The notes beneath the pieces were generated by a model. That model saw nothing but the letters and a program-made list of their open reading frames with translations. It searched no databases and was not told the origin of the DNA. Positions 21,711 to 35,100 of a stretch of DNA of 64,000 bases are shown in pieces; the stretch's first letter is position 1, and every line of letters starts with the position of its first letter. Origin of the DNA: Hyphochytrium catenoides (taxonomy: Eukaryota; Protista; Hyphochytriomycota); NCBI GenBank assembly GCA_900088475.1, contig FLMG01003710.1, forward strand, positions 1 through 64,000. The letters are read 5' to 3'. Made by a program: the position numbers and the translations under genes.

Positions 21711-24700
21711 ATGTCTTCAGACAAGCATGGCAGAGAACCTCAGTCCGATCACAATGGTACTTCAGAGCTCGTATCTATCCTTCGATCTCCTTAAGTTGGT
21801 CTTATTGACTGCTTCACTTATCTCACCCTTCTCCTCCTTATAAAATGGATTTTGGAGTACTAGCCTCCTCAGTCAGTGTACGTCTGCCGATAGCCATGTG
21901 CCGGTGCCTGCATCCTTCCGTTGCTACGGCAAAGGTTTCTGTTTCAGCCTATTTTTCTGGACGACTGTGGAGAGTGGACTGACGACTTTCTCATATGAAC
22001 AGGAGGCACGTTTGCCCCTACCGCGGCGAGTATCGCAGGAGCTGCTGCCCTTTCGACCGACCAACAGCATCTGCACTGCGGTCAGAATGGTAGTAAAGAG
22101 ATGGATAGCGGGGAATTTTCCTCTCCTCGAGTTCTTAGTTCTCCCTGGGAGTTGGAAGCAGCTGTTGACAGCTCAGTCCCTATTAGGCAGTTAAGTAAAA
22201 AGCAGAGGATTTTGATGATGGCGCAGAGACTCGTAAGGCGGGGGAAAGAGACAGGAAGGGAAGAATCTGGAGGCGCTACTGCAAGAAGCCCTGCCCCGCT
22301 TACTCCGGACCTGACTGGCGAAGCGTCCACTGAAGACGAATTTCAATCGTTCAAGGGTGACATAGTAGTCCCAATCATAGAGGACACAGGGAGCTTTTAC
22401 GATCAAGATGGCGTCTATCGCAAGAGAGAAGATGTATCTAATGATGCGGAATCGGAAGATGGAGGAGGGCCCGATGATCAAGCGGTCTCTAGTCAACCCA
22501 CAGGTGCATTACACCCACCTATCCCCTCGCAGAAGAAGAACGAAAGAGGGCAAAAGCATGAGCAAGAGAAGAATCTTAGCCGTTGGTGGAAAAACTGGAA
22601 AATCGCTGCGGTTTTCGGCATGTTTTGGCTCTTCTTTCTCCGTAAGTCTCATTCTCCTTACTGCATGACGTGCGGTCACCTCTCTTGCGCTCTCGCTCTA
22701 ATAGCTCAGCCTTGATGACAGCAAGATACGCTCACATGTTTTGCTTCTCATCCGCCTCCATATAATTCGTGACTCTTCCTCTCGCACCCGACATCACAAT
22801 AGATGAGGTTTTGAGGTACGTCCATGTTTCAATGGTGGAACACTTGCATGCGCACTGACCTCTGTATACCCCTTTTCCCCTGCTCCCCTACCAAAATGTG
22901 GCCACATTTATACCACCTCAACCTTCCGTGTCCATCACTGCCCTCCTCTTGATTTGGCACATTCGTCAACTTACCTTGCGCAACAGCATAGCTGTGGTCA
23001 TGACTGTATCCTCGCTCGCGCTAAAAGACGCAGTCGGGAGTTTCCAAACTAAGAGCTCGGACGTAATCGCCGGCCTGGCAAAGGATAATGTTCAAGTGCT
23101 GAGTGATAATTTTCAAGGGCTGCGGCAGGTTTTGACCGAGCAGACGCAAAACAACGTCAGCGCTTACATAGTTAGAACAACATATCCCGCCTTCTCAGTC
23201 CGTGATGTAAGACTACACTGGGACCTTCTCGACCTGATGGGAAATGTCCTTTACCCTTCGTATATATTTCTCTGCCGCGGAATTTCATTCTGAAGATGTC
23301 CCTCACCATTGTGAAGTTGTTTTGAGATCGTTCATGATCCCAGGCTTCAAGGCAGTGCAACCTCTCCTCATACTTCTTACTCCCTATTCCCAAAAAGCTT
23401 TCCACGCGTAATGCCCGGCCTACCTCTTACTCTTTCATACGCTTAGGGATTACTGGCGGGACTAGCTACTGCGCCACTTTTCACAAGCTGGACCCAGCTG
23501 ACCCCAACCAACTCACTCTCGTTCCTTAGCCCGTTTATGCAGTTTATTCGGTTTAAAAAGCAGGAGTTTCAGCAGGTCACATATACAATAGGAGTTGGCT
23601 TTGACTCAGGTGAGGGCCTAGTTCCTGTCATTCTTTTCTCAATCCCATGGACCGTCGATCCAACTCCAGTTCGTCTGCTTAAGAAATCTTATTACGGTCC
23701 TTACCATTTGAATGTATCGGGGCCGGAATACTTTTTACTGTTGTTTCTTAACCTGACTGATAAACTCACCGCATTACAGATGGCACCTTCTTTGGCATAT
23801 CTGCCAACAGAAGTAACTTATCAATTTTCGGCCAGACAACTCCAGCTCCTGACTACTTCATGTCGTTGCCAGTGTATACTAATGACCCCAACGGTAGCTG
23901 CACTTCTTTGCCACATGCTCACTTGTACTCCGTTGTCGCTGCTGCTTTCCACTGGACCTCAGACGGCATTGGCCTTAACACTTTCTTCTCCTCCTTCCAG
24001 TGCTTCCTTACTGCAACATACCCAAGATTTTTACGGAAAACAATTACAACGTTTCCACGCCTGGCTGCACCCTTCAGGCTTGGTATTACCAACGTTGTCA
24101 GGTAGCGCCCAAGAGTTAAGATGCCAACTAGTTGGCCTGGTGCTTATCAATTTGTATGACCGTTTGTTCAACCATGATGGGGACAGCTTCGGACAGATCA
24201 AACCTCATGTGATCCCAGCCAACCGCTTCAGAAGATCACTGATTACAATGCTCATGGGCGTGCCTGGTGTAGGTCTCCTTGCTCAGCTACGTGTCATTCC
24301 TTTCACTGCGAGCATAGTCCTATATCTTGTCCACTGATCCCTAAATTACACCTTGTACATCTAGCTATGTCTAAGCGTCTAAAACTCTCCAGATCGTGCC
24401 GTAAGGGAGCTTAACTCACCAGTGCCCGCCGAGGTTGTTACGGGGACTGCAAGACCTGGAACGTACCCGCTTGGGGCTCCCTTCTGGTCCCCAGTGTATG
24501 AGTACGCCTCTGTTTCGGGGCTGGGTATCACGTTCGGAGTGCCTATTATCTCTGGATCTCCCAGTGGCCCTTCTACTTTTCTTGGGGTTGCGTCGTCAGA
24601 CCTCTATCTCGACAACCTCTCCAGCTACATGAGGGCCATTCTCAATGGGACTGTCGTGAAAAATGGCGTGGCTTATATAATGGAACTTAGCACCGTAGAT

Positions 24701-27700
24701 CCTAGCTTTCCCACCAAGCGATATGCTTCCGGAAAGTTGATTGCGAGCTCAGATCTGACCGAGCCTGTCCTGGTAAGTTTGGGCCCTGTCAAGTGATGAT
24801 GTTCAGAGGCATACCTTCTTCGACTATGTAGGAGTGTACTTTACTGTTAAACAGGCTGTGACATAACCTTCCATTGATACCGCTGATTTTAATTGACTTG
24901 CCTCTTCTCCCTGTATCTCTTTGGAACTCTGTCATTCATTTGTAAGGTAACACCGTCGGGTCGAACTCTCGTCAATGCGACCGATAGCAGTAACGATCTG
25001 ATTGCTGGCAGTGCGAACTTGGTGCTTGGAACTTACGGCACGTGGCAGGTAAGTGCATAGACGACAAAGGATCAAAGACGGTAAGGCGGAGTTTTGCCTA
25101 AAGATGGAGAAAGGCTGGGGCGAGGGCGGAAGAGCTATTGCACGATGGGTTTGGTTGAACGTCCACAGCAGCGCTTCTTACCTTTGTCCGGCTGTTCCCC
25201 CCTCTCCTCGCCCTCCCCAGAATCTTTCACTCAATGGTACCGGATCCTATTCGTTAGACGGAGGTCCTACCGTGCCATGTCCACCCATTAAGGAGAGAGT
25301 TGACTCTGATGTTTCTTCGTTCTGTGCATACGTTGAATGGAAAAAATGTGGGTCATGCCATAACCTCCCAGAGATGCGTTTTCCCCCATTAACATCATTA
25401 GATGGAAACTTCTTCTACCAAATTCAAGTGCAGATCCTGCCGTTATCCCTCTACTAGTTCCCGCACCCCCTCGTGCTAGGTGAATACAAGTCAAACTAAT
25501 CTTTCTGTGGCCAAACACAGTTGAGTTCCCTTTAGAAGCCGGTAATGGTTTAGACTGGGCGCTCTTTATGGTGCTGCCAGACACAGACTTCTTGCAGAGA
25601 GCTCGAACTGCAGCTCAAAGCGCTGGGAACCGAATTAACGCGTTGGCAGAGGGTGAGTAGATAATGGAGACTAGCTTTTACTGGAATGAATGCAGAAGAG
25701 ACTAAATTGTTAAGAAGGGAGGAAGGCATGATGGATGGATGCGAAGAGTAGCACACTTAAGAGGAGCAGGAGTTGATGGATGGCGTTGTTAGAAGTTCAA
25801 GCGTTGTGTTCCGTCGCACGCTAGCAGATGTGGGAATGTTATGAAGTCTACTTGTAGGGTACATTTACCAATGTGCCGCTTTTCGTAGACGCGAAGGACG
25901 ATGTTCAGTCCACTTTAGAGTATACCTATATTGTGGCGGCGGTCTGGGTGCTCCTCTCTGGCGGTTTTGCATTCTTGATCTCCTACGGCCTTTCCAAGCC
26001 GCTTAAAGTCCTAGCCGGGGATATGCTTGAGGTTGCCAAACTGAAGTTCGGGTAATGTGTTACTTTTCTGCTCTTCAGCTCTCAAAGCGCTCGGAATGGC
26101 TCCCATCCTCCTTCTTAGCCTTTTGATCAGTCAACCTCTGCCTCTTGACTCTCCCTCTTTCACCTTTTCTTCATTCTCGCAGTGGTTACCTCCATTTGTT
26201 CTTGATTCGCTAGTCTTATAACCCTACCCTATCCTTGGTCTCATAAAGTCTCACTCTTTTTCGTTTCTTTTTCTTCAGCCATAGCAAGCCCGAACTATCC
26301 TCTCGAATTAGAGAGGTCCATGAGATGGGCTTGGCTTACCTGAAAATGAGAGAAGGCTTGGAGGGCTTTGCGCGATTTGTGCCGGAGACTGTAGTGAGGA
26401 GGATTGTCTCCGGAGATAGAAAGGTAGAAGCCTATAGCAGCTACCTTACTCTTCGCTTGGGGTCTTTCTGCACTTTCTCCGCTTCTTTTCTAGTGAGGTT
26501 TCCCTGGTCGGCTTTGCCTGTCCTTCATTGATGTTTGATTGATCATTCTCCGCTAACAACACCTAACAACCACATGACGCAAGGCCTCCAAGTTGTATGT
26601 TACACGTCGAAACGTGACGGTTCTTTTCAGCGATATCAAGAACTTCACCACCATATCAGAGTCAGTACCGCTCTCTGAGCTTATTCAACTCCTTGCCGAG
26701 TACCTAGCCCGCATGGCGAGAATCGTGGAGCGGACACAGGGCACTGTTGGTGAGATAAATCGTAACGATAGTGATAACGGTGTGCAATTCGGGGCTCTTG
26801 CACCTTCTCCACACGAGTCGCCTCAGAAACCTTCTTGACACGTGCCCTATAATCATGCGAAGGCTACCTTGGCAAAGAGAAGGGCCCAAGGGTGCTTGCT
26901 TCTCTAGATTTGACCTCATACCCCTTTCTCTGTTTGACAGGGGATTTCATTGGTGACGGCATTATGGTCTTCTGGAACAGTCCTGATTTGGTTCAAGGCC
27001 ACGCGGAAAAGGCTTGTGAATGCGCACTACTCATGCAGAAAGAGCTGGACAGCTTAAACCAGAGGTGGAGAGAGAGGGGCCTGCCGGCGATTGAAATCAG
27101 GATAGGAATCAACTCAGGAGAGGCGCTGAGCGGGAATATTGGCAGTCCTAACAAGATGAAGGTGCGAAAATACTAATGCGTAGCCTTTCTGTCGTGTCCA
27201 AACAGTCCCATTATACGACAACACAAATATTCAGCCTGCACTCGTCTGAGACTAACTCTACTGCCTCTGTGCGTGCCTTGGTTATTGTGCCTCTAATGCT
27301 TATCTACTTCTCTCCCCTTTCATCTTCCGGTCTTGCGATATAGTTCGGTGTGGTTGGAGACACAGGTAAGCTGAGTCTGTTGCCCACGTCATACGCATGC
27401 AATCGACTTCTAACTCGCCTTCTCTTCGTTGCCTCACACGCCATAGTGAACACAGCTAGTCGAGTAGAGAATATTAACAAGTACTACGGGACCAACACAC
27501 TCATTACGGAGGCTACACGCGTAAGAATCAGTGGATTCGTTGTCCGTCCGGTGGATCGTGTCAGAGTAAAGGGTAGGGCTGGCTATACAGAGGTAAGAAG
27601 CCATTCATAATGTAAAGGTTAGATGGAAAGCTAGTTCTCGGCCTCGTTGCTGGATTGTAGACTTTTAATTTGTGCTTCGTTCGTATACTCCGCACACAAC

Positions 27701-28199
27701 GTATACCATGGCCTTTGGCTGGTCTGTTCGCTCGTCGGCTTGCTGGATTTATCACTACTTAAAAATCCCTGTTTCTTGTCCAGCTTTACGAGCTTGTAGG
27801 TCACCAGTCAGAGGCTTCTGCAGCGGAGACCAAGCTCTCAGCTGTGACCGCTGAGGCATTTCAGCTTTATCTGCATAGAAAGGTGAGATGGATCCATTTA
27901 TTTTTGTCAGACTCCATCGCTATCGCCCATATTCCCCTGAGAAGCGGTATTCGGTACTTTTGCGCCGTTGCCTGAAGCTTCTTCTTAGCATCTTCATGTG
28001 GAGTTCTCTGACACGCTATCTGTCTCTCTTTTGGGTTTGGGCCGCCTAGTTCTCCGGCGCTTTAGCAATGGTAGAGGCTGCACTGGAAGACTATAAGGAG
28101 GATGGTCCACTTTCGAAGCTCCGTGAGCACTGCCTTGCGCTTATGGATACGCCTCCCCCTGCAAACTGGGATGGCGTCACGACGTTCCATGAAAAGTAG
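21711..28199 (+). CDS. Receptor-type class III nucleotide cyclase A (TM-dCache-TM-HAMP-cyclase-helical C-tail), many exons
   Basis: TM segment near 22600-22990, Cache-like FWSPVYEY..GITFGVP..GVASSDL..GKLIASS..GLDW, second TM plus SKPLKVLAGDMLEVAKLKF..SRIREVHEMG (HAMP), FARFVP, VTVLFSDIKNFTTISE, GTVGDFIGDGIMVFWNSP, IRIGINSG, GDTVNTASRVE, RVKGR and PPANWDGVTTFHEK*. The ATG at 21711 is inferred from a phase-1 first intron that is also present in the paralog. Confidence 0.88.
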
Positions 28200-29194
28200 A
28201 CAACCTGGAGGCAAATTTTACGTATTCTATCGTGCTTCTACTTTGGGTCTAGATTGCGACTTCGGTTCAAGTTCCTAGGTCGTGAGGGACAACGATTGTC
28301 ATTTCGCATACTCTTGTATCGGGATTCTCTCCCTTCAATCTCCTCTTATCAGATAGAGACAACCTGTTGGGCTTGCTGCCCTTGGGGTCAGTAGCTCGGC
28401 ATGATCTGTAAATTATGTATAATAGCTCTTTAAAACGTGATTGAATTAGCTTGTCGTTTTGACAAGCGCATTCCAGCAAGGGCTTGGAAAAATGAATGCG
28501 GTGAGAGAGGCTTTTCATAGTAACTGTCATCAAAGCAGGAAGAGCACCGGAAGGACGAGTATATACGCTTTTCGAAAACCAGTGCGTGGTGGTGGCTCCT
28601 TGGAGGGAAAAGGAGAATCTCTACACGTAGAGTAACATGGATACTTGTCAGTTCCTATTTAGCTAGGCAGGTCTTGGGCTAGGTAGACCGAAAGCTGACA
28701 GTAATATCTTGTCTGCACATCCATCTTTCTTCGCCAGCTTTTCGTTATGTCAGAACTTGCCTAGCTGAGCTTCTACGTCGTGAGCACTAGGCGACTCATT
28801 GGGTCACTAGCTGGCTTATCAAGAAGGGTCATGGTGGCAGACACTGGTCCTTCTACCATGTGCTCTGTACGAAGAATAAATTATCGCTTATAACCTATTG
28901 CAGCCCGATCTCTGCAATACCAAAAGCAGATGAGCCTCCTGAAGCTAAGTAAGGACATAAATAAGACGATCACACGCATAATTCAAACATTGGCCAGCAA
29001 GTAAACCCCAATATGTTGCAGTCACGGGGAGAAAGGTTCATATAGGCCATGAGTCACTTGGCGGGGCATCCACTCTACTTCCACTCCAGGAAAACTCGAA
29101 GGTTCAGAGCCATAGGATGCAGACAATAATGACGGACCACAGGAAAAGACGAGCAGAATGACGACACGAATGCTAGACAGCTGGTCAAGCAGCA

Positions 29195-32100
29195 CTACTT
29201 CTCATGAAACGAAGTAGCGCCGTCCCAGTTCTTTGGAGGAGGATTAGCGATCAGCTTCTTGCAGTGCTCTCGCAATTTCCACAGGGGCCCGTCGGCTGCA
29301 AACCCAGATACAGCGGCCGTTTCTGCCACCTTCAACGCTTCAACAAACTAGATATAAAGCAAGGACAAGGGACTATGATGTTAGATCTGGTATGCAGTCA
29401 GCACCGAGCAATTGACAGAGGTATAAAGATAGAATAAGAAAACGATAGCCCCTAGCGAGAAAGAGGGGTAGGGGCCAGACGACAGGCGCATGTAACTATT
29501 ATTTCCCCATTTATATGTACCTGTCCCTGAAGGTAGAGCTGAAAGGCCTTAGTAGTCACAGCAGCCAACTTTAAATCAGTCTCCGACGCTTCAGCTTGCC
29601 GTGCCATTAGTTCATAGAGCTATGGAAAGATGTCGAGAAAAGGCAGGCACCAGTTTAGTAACAAAGTAACACTCTCTAATAATGTTTGAGGGCAACCAGG
29701 AGCCAATTCGTTATTGACAAACGCCGGAACCGCATCTTCCCTCAAAGCATTAGCAAAAGGAGGTTCGTCAAAGAGCTATTAGGAGCAGGACTTCTTACCT
29801 CTGTGAAGCCGGCCCTTCCTTTAACTCTCACCCGATCGACGGGACGGACAATGAAACCTTTGATTCTTGATCGTGTGGCCTCGGTTATTAGCTTGTTGGT
29901 CCCATAGTACTTGTTGATATTCTCTACTCGACTAGCTGTATTCACTAACGAACGGAAGAGAAGGAGGAAGCTGAGCGTGGACTGTATACCTGGCCTCAAG
30001 AGCAAAGAAAGAAGACACAGCAAGGGCATGGTTGATCAAACTCTCCTAGCCGCACGGCAAATGCATCTATGTATACACAAGCGAAAGACCCTCAAAGAGC
30101 AGCCCTACCTGTATCCCCAACAACGCCAAACTGTTCCAGGGTTTAGATATAGGCATGTGGTATGTTTGGAGAAGGGGCGTCGGACATCATGAAGGAGTGA
30201 CAGCAGTGTGTTAGAACGTCAAGACAGAGCTAAGCGTTATGTTAAGGTCTGAGGACAATGAGTAGTTTTTCGTCTCACTTTTCTCCCTACTACTGCTCAA
30301 AAAAGGCAGCATGGCCCTCTCCCACCTGCCGATAGTTGTCTTACCTTCATCTTATAGGGACTGCCAATGTTGCCGCTAAGAGCGTCTCCTGAGTTAATCC
30401 CAATTCTGATCTCTATCTCAGGTAGGCCCTTTTCCTTCCATTTCTTGTTCAGGCTCTCCAACTCCTTTTGCATCAGCAATGCGCACTCGCAGGCCTTCTC
30501 CGGATGTCTGCGCACCAACTCGGGGCTATTCCAGAAAACCATAATGCCATCGCCAATAAAGTCACCTTGGTCGACGAGCGGGTGCGAATAGAGGATTGAG
30601 ATAACGGAAGAGGAGAGGTAGAGGGTCAAGCTTTATACAAAGAACTATGGGAGGGAGGTCCTGAGTCCAGAGATCCCTCCGTCTATAAGTGCCTCCTCTT
30701 ACCCACAGTGCCTTGTGTGAGCTCTACTATCCTGCCCATTCGCGCGAGGTATTCAGCGAGCAGTTGGATAAGTTCAGAGAGAGGTATGGCTTCCGAAATG
30801 GTCGTGAAGTTCTTTATGTCACTGAACAACACAGTCACATTTCGGCGAGTCACGTAGAGCTTGGATGCCTTCATGGGATAAAAGCATCTCAGAGATCACA
30901 GGCTAAGCAACAGCGAAGTTGAAGAGGCAAGCTTTACTCAGTCACACCAAGAAGCTGGTTTGTCTCGCTAGGGCTAGCACCAATTGGTCTCTCGTTGCAC
31001 ATACTCCAGACCGCCGAGAAGATTGGCTCTTCCTCACCTTTCTATCTCCTGAGACGATCCTTCGAACGACGGTCTCAGGCACAAAACGCGCAAAGCCCTC
31101 AAGACCTTCTCGCATGTTCAGGTACGCTGAGCCCATCTCATGCACTTCCCTGATGCGGGATGAGAGCTCGGGCTTCACATCCCTAACTCGTTGATAGCAT
31201 TGAGAGGCTCATGATGAAAATATGGATAAAGGACGAGGAGGTACTGTAGCAATGACGCAGGTAAAGGTGGAAGAAAGAGTTGTTCGGGGTTCGCGGACAC
31301 GATAGGCACCCGTAGAGTGGGAGATGGGTTTTGACAACAGGCGCTGCCGATATGACGACTATGAAGCCAGTGTGCTTACCCAAATCTGAGCTTGGCGACG
31401 TCAAGCATATCGTTTGCTAGCACCTTCAGGGGCTTTGACAAGCCATAAGAGATGAGAAAAGCAAATCCTCCAGAAAGCAGGACCCATGTACCGGCAATCA
31501 TCAATGTTCGCTTGACGCTACCCGCGATGTCTTCCTGAGCGTCTAAAAAAGGGATGGAAATATGTAAGCAAGCTCACAGAGTTCATCATCTCTGATCTGT
31601 CCCCACGTCTTGTCCCTTCCTCATGTTCGTCGTAGCTGACCTCTGCTGATGAATCCGCTCACTACCACCTAACCCACTTCATTCTGTCCAACTTTAAAGC
31701 TTACTTTTTCCTAATATCTCAATAGTGGTTTGCGCGTGATTGGCTGCCTCCTTTGCCTGCGCCAGAAACTCCGTGTCTGGAAGGACGATAAAGAGGACCC
31801 AATCTAGTCCATTACCTGCTTCCACTGGCAATTGGACTACGAAAACGTGGTAGTGGCCATAGCAACAAGTCAGGATAAGGGGCAAGGGAGACTGAGAAAA
31901 CATAGAGAGATCAGAGAAATCAGTGCCGGAAGGTATAAAACAATAGAGGCAAAGAAGATGGAGGAGCTCTCAGTCGCTCCACTGGCAAGGACTAATGGCA
32001 TAATAAGGAATCGCAGAATATTAACAGATAGCAGTGGAGGAAAGTATGCATTGGTAGCTTTAGACCCACGTCTGGTCCACCGAATAAAAGCGCAATACGA

Positions 32101-35100
32101 AAGATTGGAAGGGGATCCGATTCTGTCTATGACTGGCTCGCATTGTGTTGCTGGGCCTCGTTCTAAGGAGTAGGAAGCGGTGCCATTCTCAGGAACGCCC
32201 TGCGATGCACAAGGTCAAAAGATCAGGAGACCCACGCATACAGAGACACCAACTTCCCGAAGGGTGATGAGGTCTTTGTAGCTCTCTGTTATCATGAAAC
32301 TATCCTACCGAAATCAGTCAATTTCTTCATAATGTCTCTCAACTTAATGACGTCGCCAGGTCACACAGCGCGACCCAATTCTCAACCCATACGGTTCCTG
32401 CGAAGTTATTTGTACCTGCCAGTTCCCGTCATGCATGTTGAGCACCATACTCGCACTGCTGGCGATGAGACTGTTGCTGCTCTCAGTTGCATTGGGGAGG
32501 GTCAAGCCGCCACCCGCTGTTGCCTGGGTGAAAGAAAAGTTAGTTGAAAGATTGCTACAATGAAAGATAAACCGCCACCGTCGCTAGTACAGTTGTAGAT
32601 CGCTCAGAGAGTTCAACGTGCTTCTACTAGCGGTTGAAAGGGAGTTCCGGACAACTTGTCTACCAACTACTTCTTTTCTCGTAGCCTCCAATAGGTTAGT
32701 TTTGCCATTTGCAATGTCCTCACGCGAATCTCTTACTCGTATATATAACTTACCACGACACCTTGGGTCACATCAGAGCTTGCTATAAGCTTGCCAGATG
32801 CAATTCTAAGAGAGGGATAATGCGGCTCTACTGTGGTCAGTTCGACGATGAAAGCCACTCCGGTCTGTACGATCCTTCCGTCAAGAATACCCTTCATGTA
32901 GGCTGACAGGTTGTCTAGGTAGAGGTCAGAGGAAGCTACACCCACAAAGGTGGACGAGGGTCCTGGCGAGGAAGAGATGATGGGCACGCCGAACGTAATG
33001 CCCACCCCGGTGGCAGAGGCATACTCATAGGAAGGGGACCAGAAAGGAGCCCCAAGAGGATACATCCCCGGCGTTGCCGTGCTGCTCACCACTTGAGCAG
33101 GGGTGGGCGTGTTCAGTTCCCGGACTGAGATATCTATTTATAAGGGGAAACGGCGTCGCGTCAGAGCTATATCATAACCTCAGGAGAGAAAGGTAAGGAG
33201 ACTACATCCATTGCATACAGACAGGATGACCAAGGAAACTTGTTAGTAGTGGACAATGAAGCCAAGCGCACTGAAAAGAGATTTGACTCATATCAGTCCC
33301 CACAACCATTGTCAAGAAATGACAACACGAGGATGATATCAAGCATGTCTGTGTCTTGTGACTCCAAGCTGATGAAAGTAAGGGTACCACGAAAAGAATA
33401 GGATGTAAAAAGGTGAACCTACACCAGGCGCGCTCGTGCACATTATACTTCGAAACCTTAAGGACGGGCTGATTGGGGTCACAACGAGTCTCATCTCTAA
33501 GCAGCTAGAGGTTTCAACGATTAGTGAGTTTGGATGGGGAAGAAGAGGGGATCGTGGTGAAAGAACTGAAAAAAAGGGTAAGCCGTTGACACCATCTTCT
33601 TGTCCTCCATCCTACCTGACATCGCTGGTAGTACCAAGCTTGGTCCTTGCAGCCTCGCGTGGAGGCGTTGTATTTCACCCCGGTATACTCTTCTGGTATG
33701 TTGCAGAAAGGCGCACCTGAATGGCAAAGAGCATTCCCTCAGCGCCATTTACAAAATATAAAAGCAGCAGCGTAACAATATGGCTTACGGTTAGGGTCAT
33801 CAGTGAAAACAGGAAGGGACATAAAGTATTGGGGCGCCGGCAGTGTCTCCATTGATATGGTTGAATTGCTTCTATTCGCCGAGATACCGAAGAAGGTGCC
33901 ATCTACACCAACAAAAAAAAGTTGATAAGGTAATGGTGTTGAGCCCAGTTATAAAGCGATGGATAGGGGAAGAAGGGCAATATTAGCAAGCATGACCAAT
34001 CAAAGTCAGGACGTAATATGCATGAATCTATGATAAGCGCTCTAAGCGGCTAGCGGAAAGTCAAAATTGTAGTGATGAAGCCGTTTCCACCTGCATCAAA
34101 ACCGACACCAATCTTCACGGTCGCCTCTTGGAACTCTTGCTTCTTATACCGGATGTACTGCATGTAGGGGTTGAAAAATGAGAGGGAGTTCTCTGGGGTA
34201 AGCTGTGTCCAACTGGTGTAGAGAGGCGGCGATGCCAAACCAGACAGAATGCCCTAAAGCAGAAGAAGAAAATAGAGGCGTAGGTGTTCGTAAGATGGAA
34301 AGCTCCTCCGAGTCGCGCATTTGGGGGCAACCATTGCTGTGTCCTGGGCAAGCTAGCATGCTATGCCGCTAATAAGAACGAGCTAAATGATGACGAGTTC
34401 TATTCTTTATCGGCTTCCACAACTCGTGAAAAGATAAAAACATCCAGCTTAGTAAGACGAGCACGAAGTCATAGTAGACAAGACTTGAGATTGACGGTGT
34501 TTCACGCCCTTGTATTCGCCTGTAAGTTTGTCCTACTCCACCACAGGATATATCGTATAGTGAGAACTTACATCTCTGATCGAGTAGGCCGGATAGGTCG
34601 TCCTCACAATGTAGGCGCTAACATTGTTTCTGGTTTCATCAGCCAACACCTCTTGAAGCGCCTGAAAGGTCTGGTTCAATATCTGGACATTATCCTGGGA
34701 TAGTGTCCTCAGAACCGATGTACTATCGTCCTCAAAGTTCTGGACTGCGCCAATTAAAGCGTACGAAGATACTGAGAGAGTTACAGCAATGCTGTTGAAG
34801 AGGCAAAGGAATCAAGGAGGAGGAGTGTGAGATGTCAGCGTAATCATTGACAGTTAGAAAGAGGTGGTAGGGAGACCTCCCCATTTGTCCAACTAGGTCC
34901 CATTTACGACGGACACGACGAAGAGTGACGAAGTGAAAGTGACAGGAAAGGCTGACCACAAAGGTATCATTGGGTGTGCAAAATATAGTAAGTAAGGCAG
35001 AGGTCAGTTAGAGCCAAATAGAGTCGATCAAAGAAGGCTCTTACCTTACAAGCTCGTCTGTTGTCAAGGATTATTGTGCCCGCACATTGCAGGTCAATTA

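Noticed and set aside
23537-24337. 266-aa ORF inside cyclase A
   Set aside because: It reads through introns and off-frame exons; comparison with the paralog defines the real exons in other frames.
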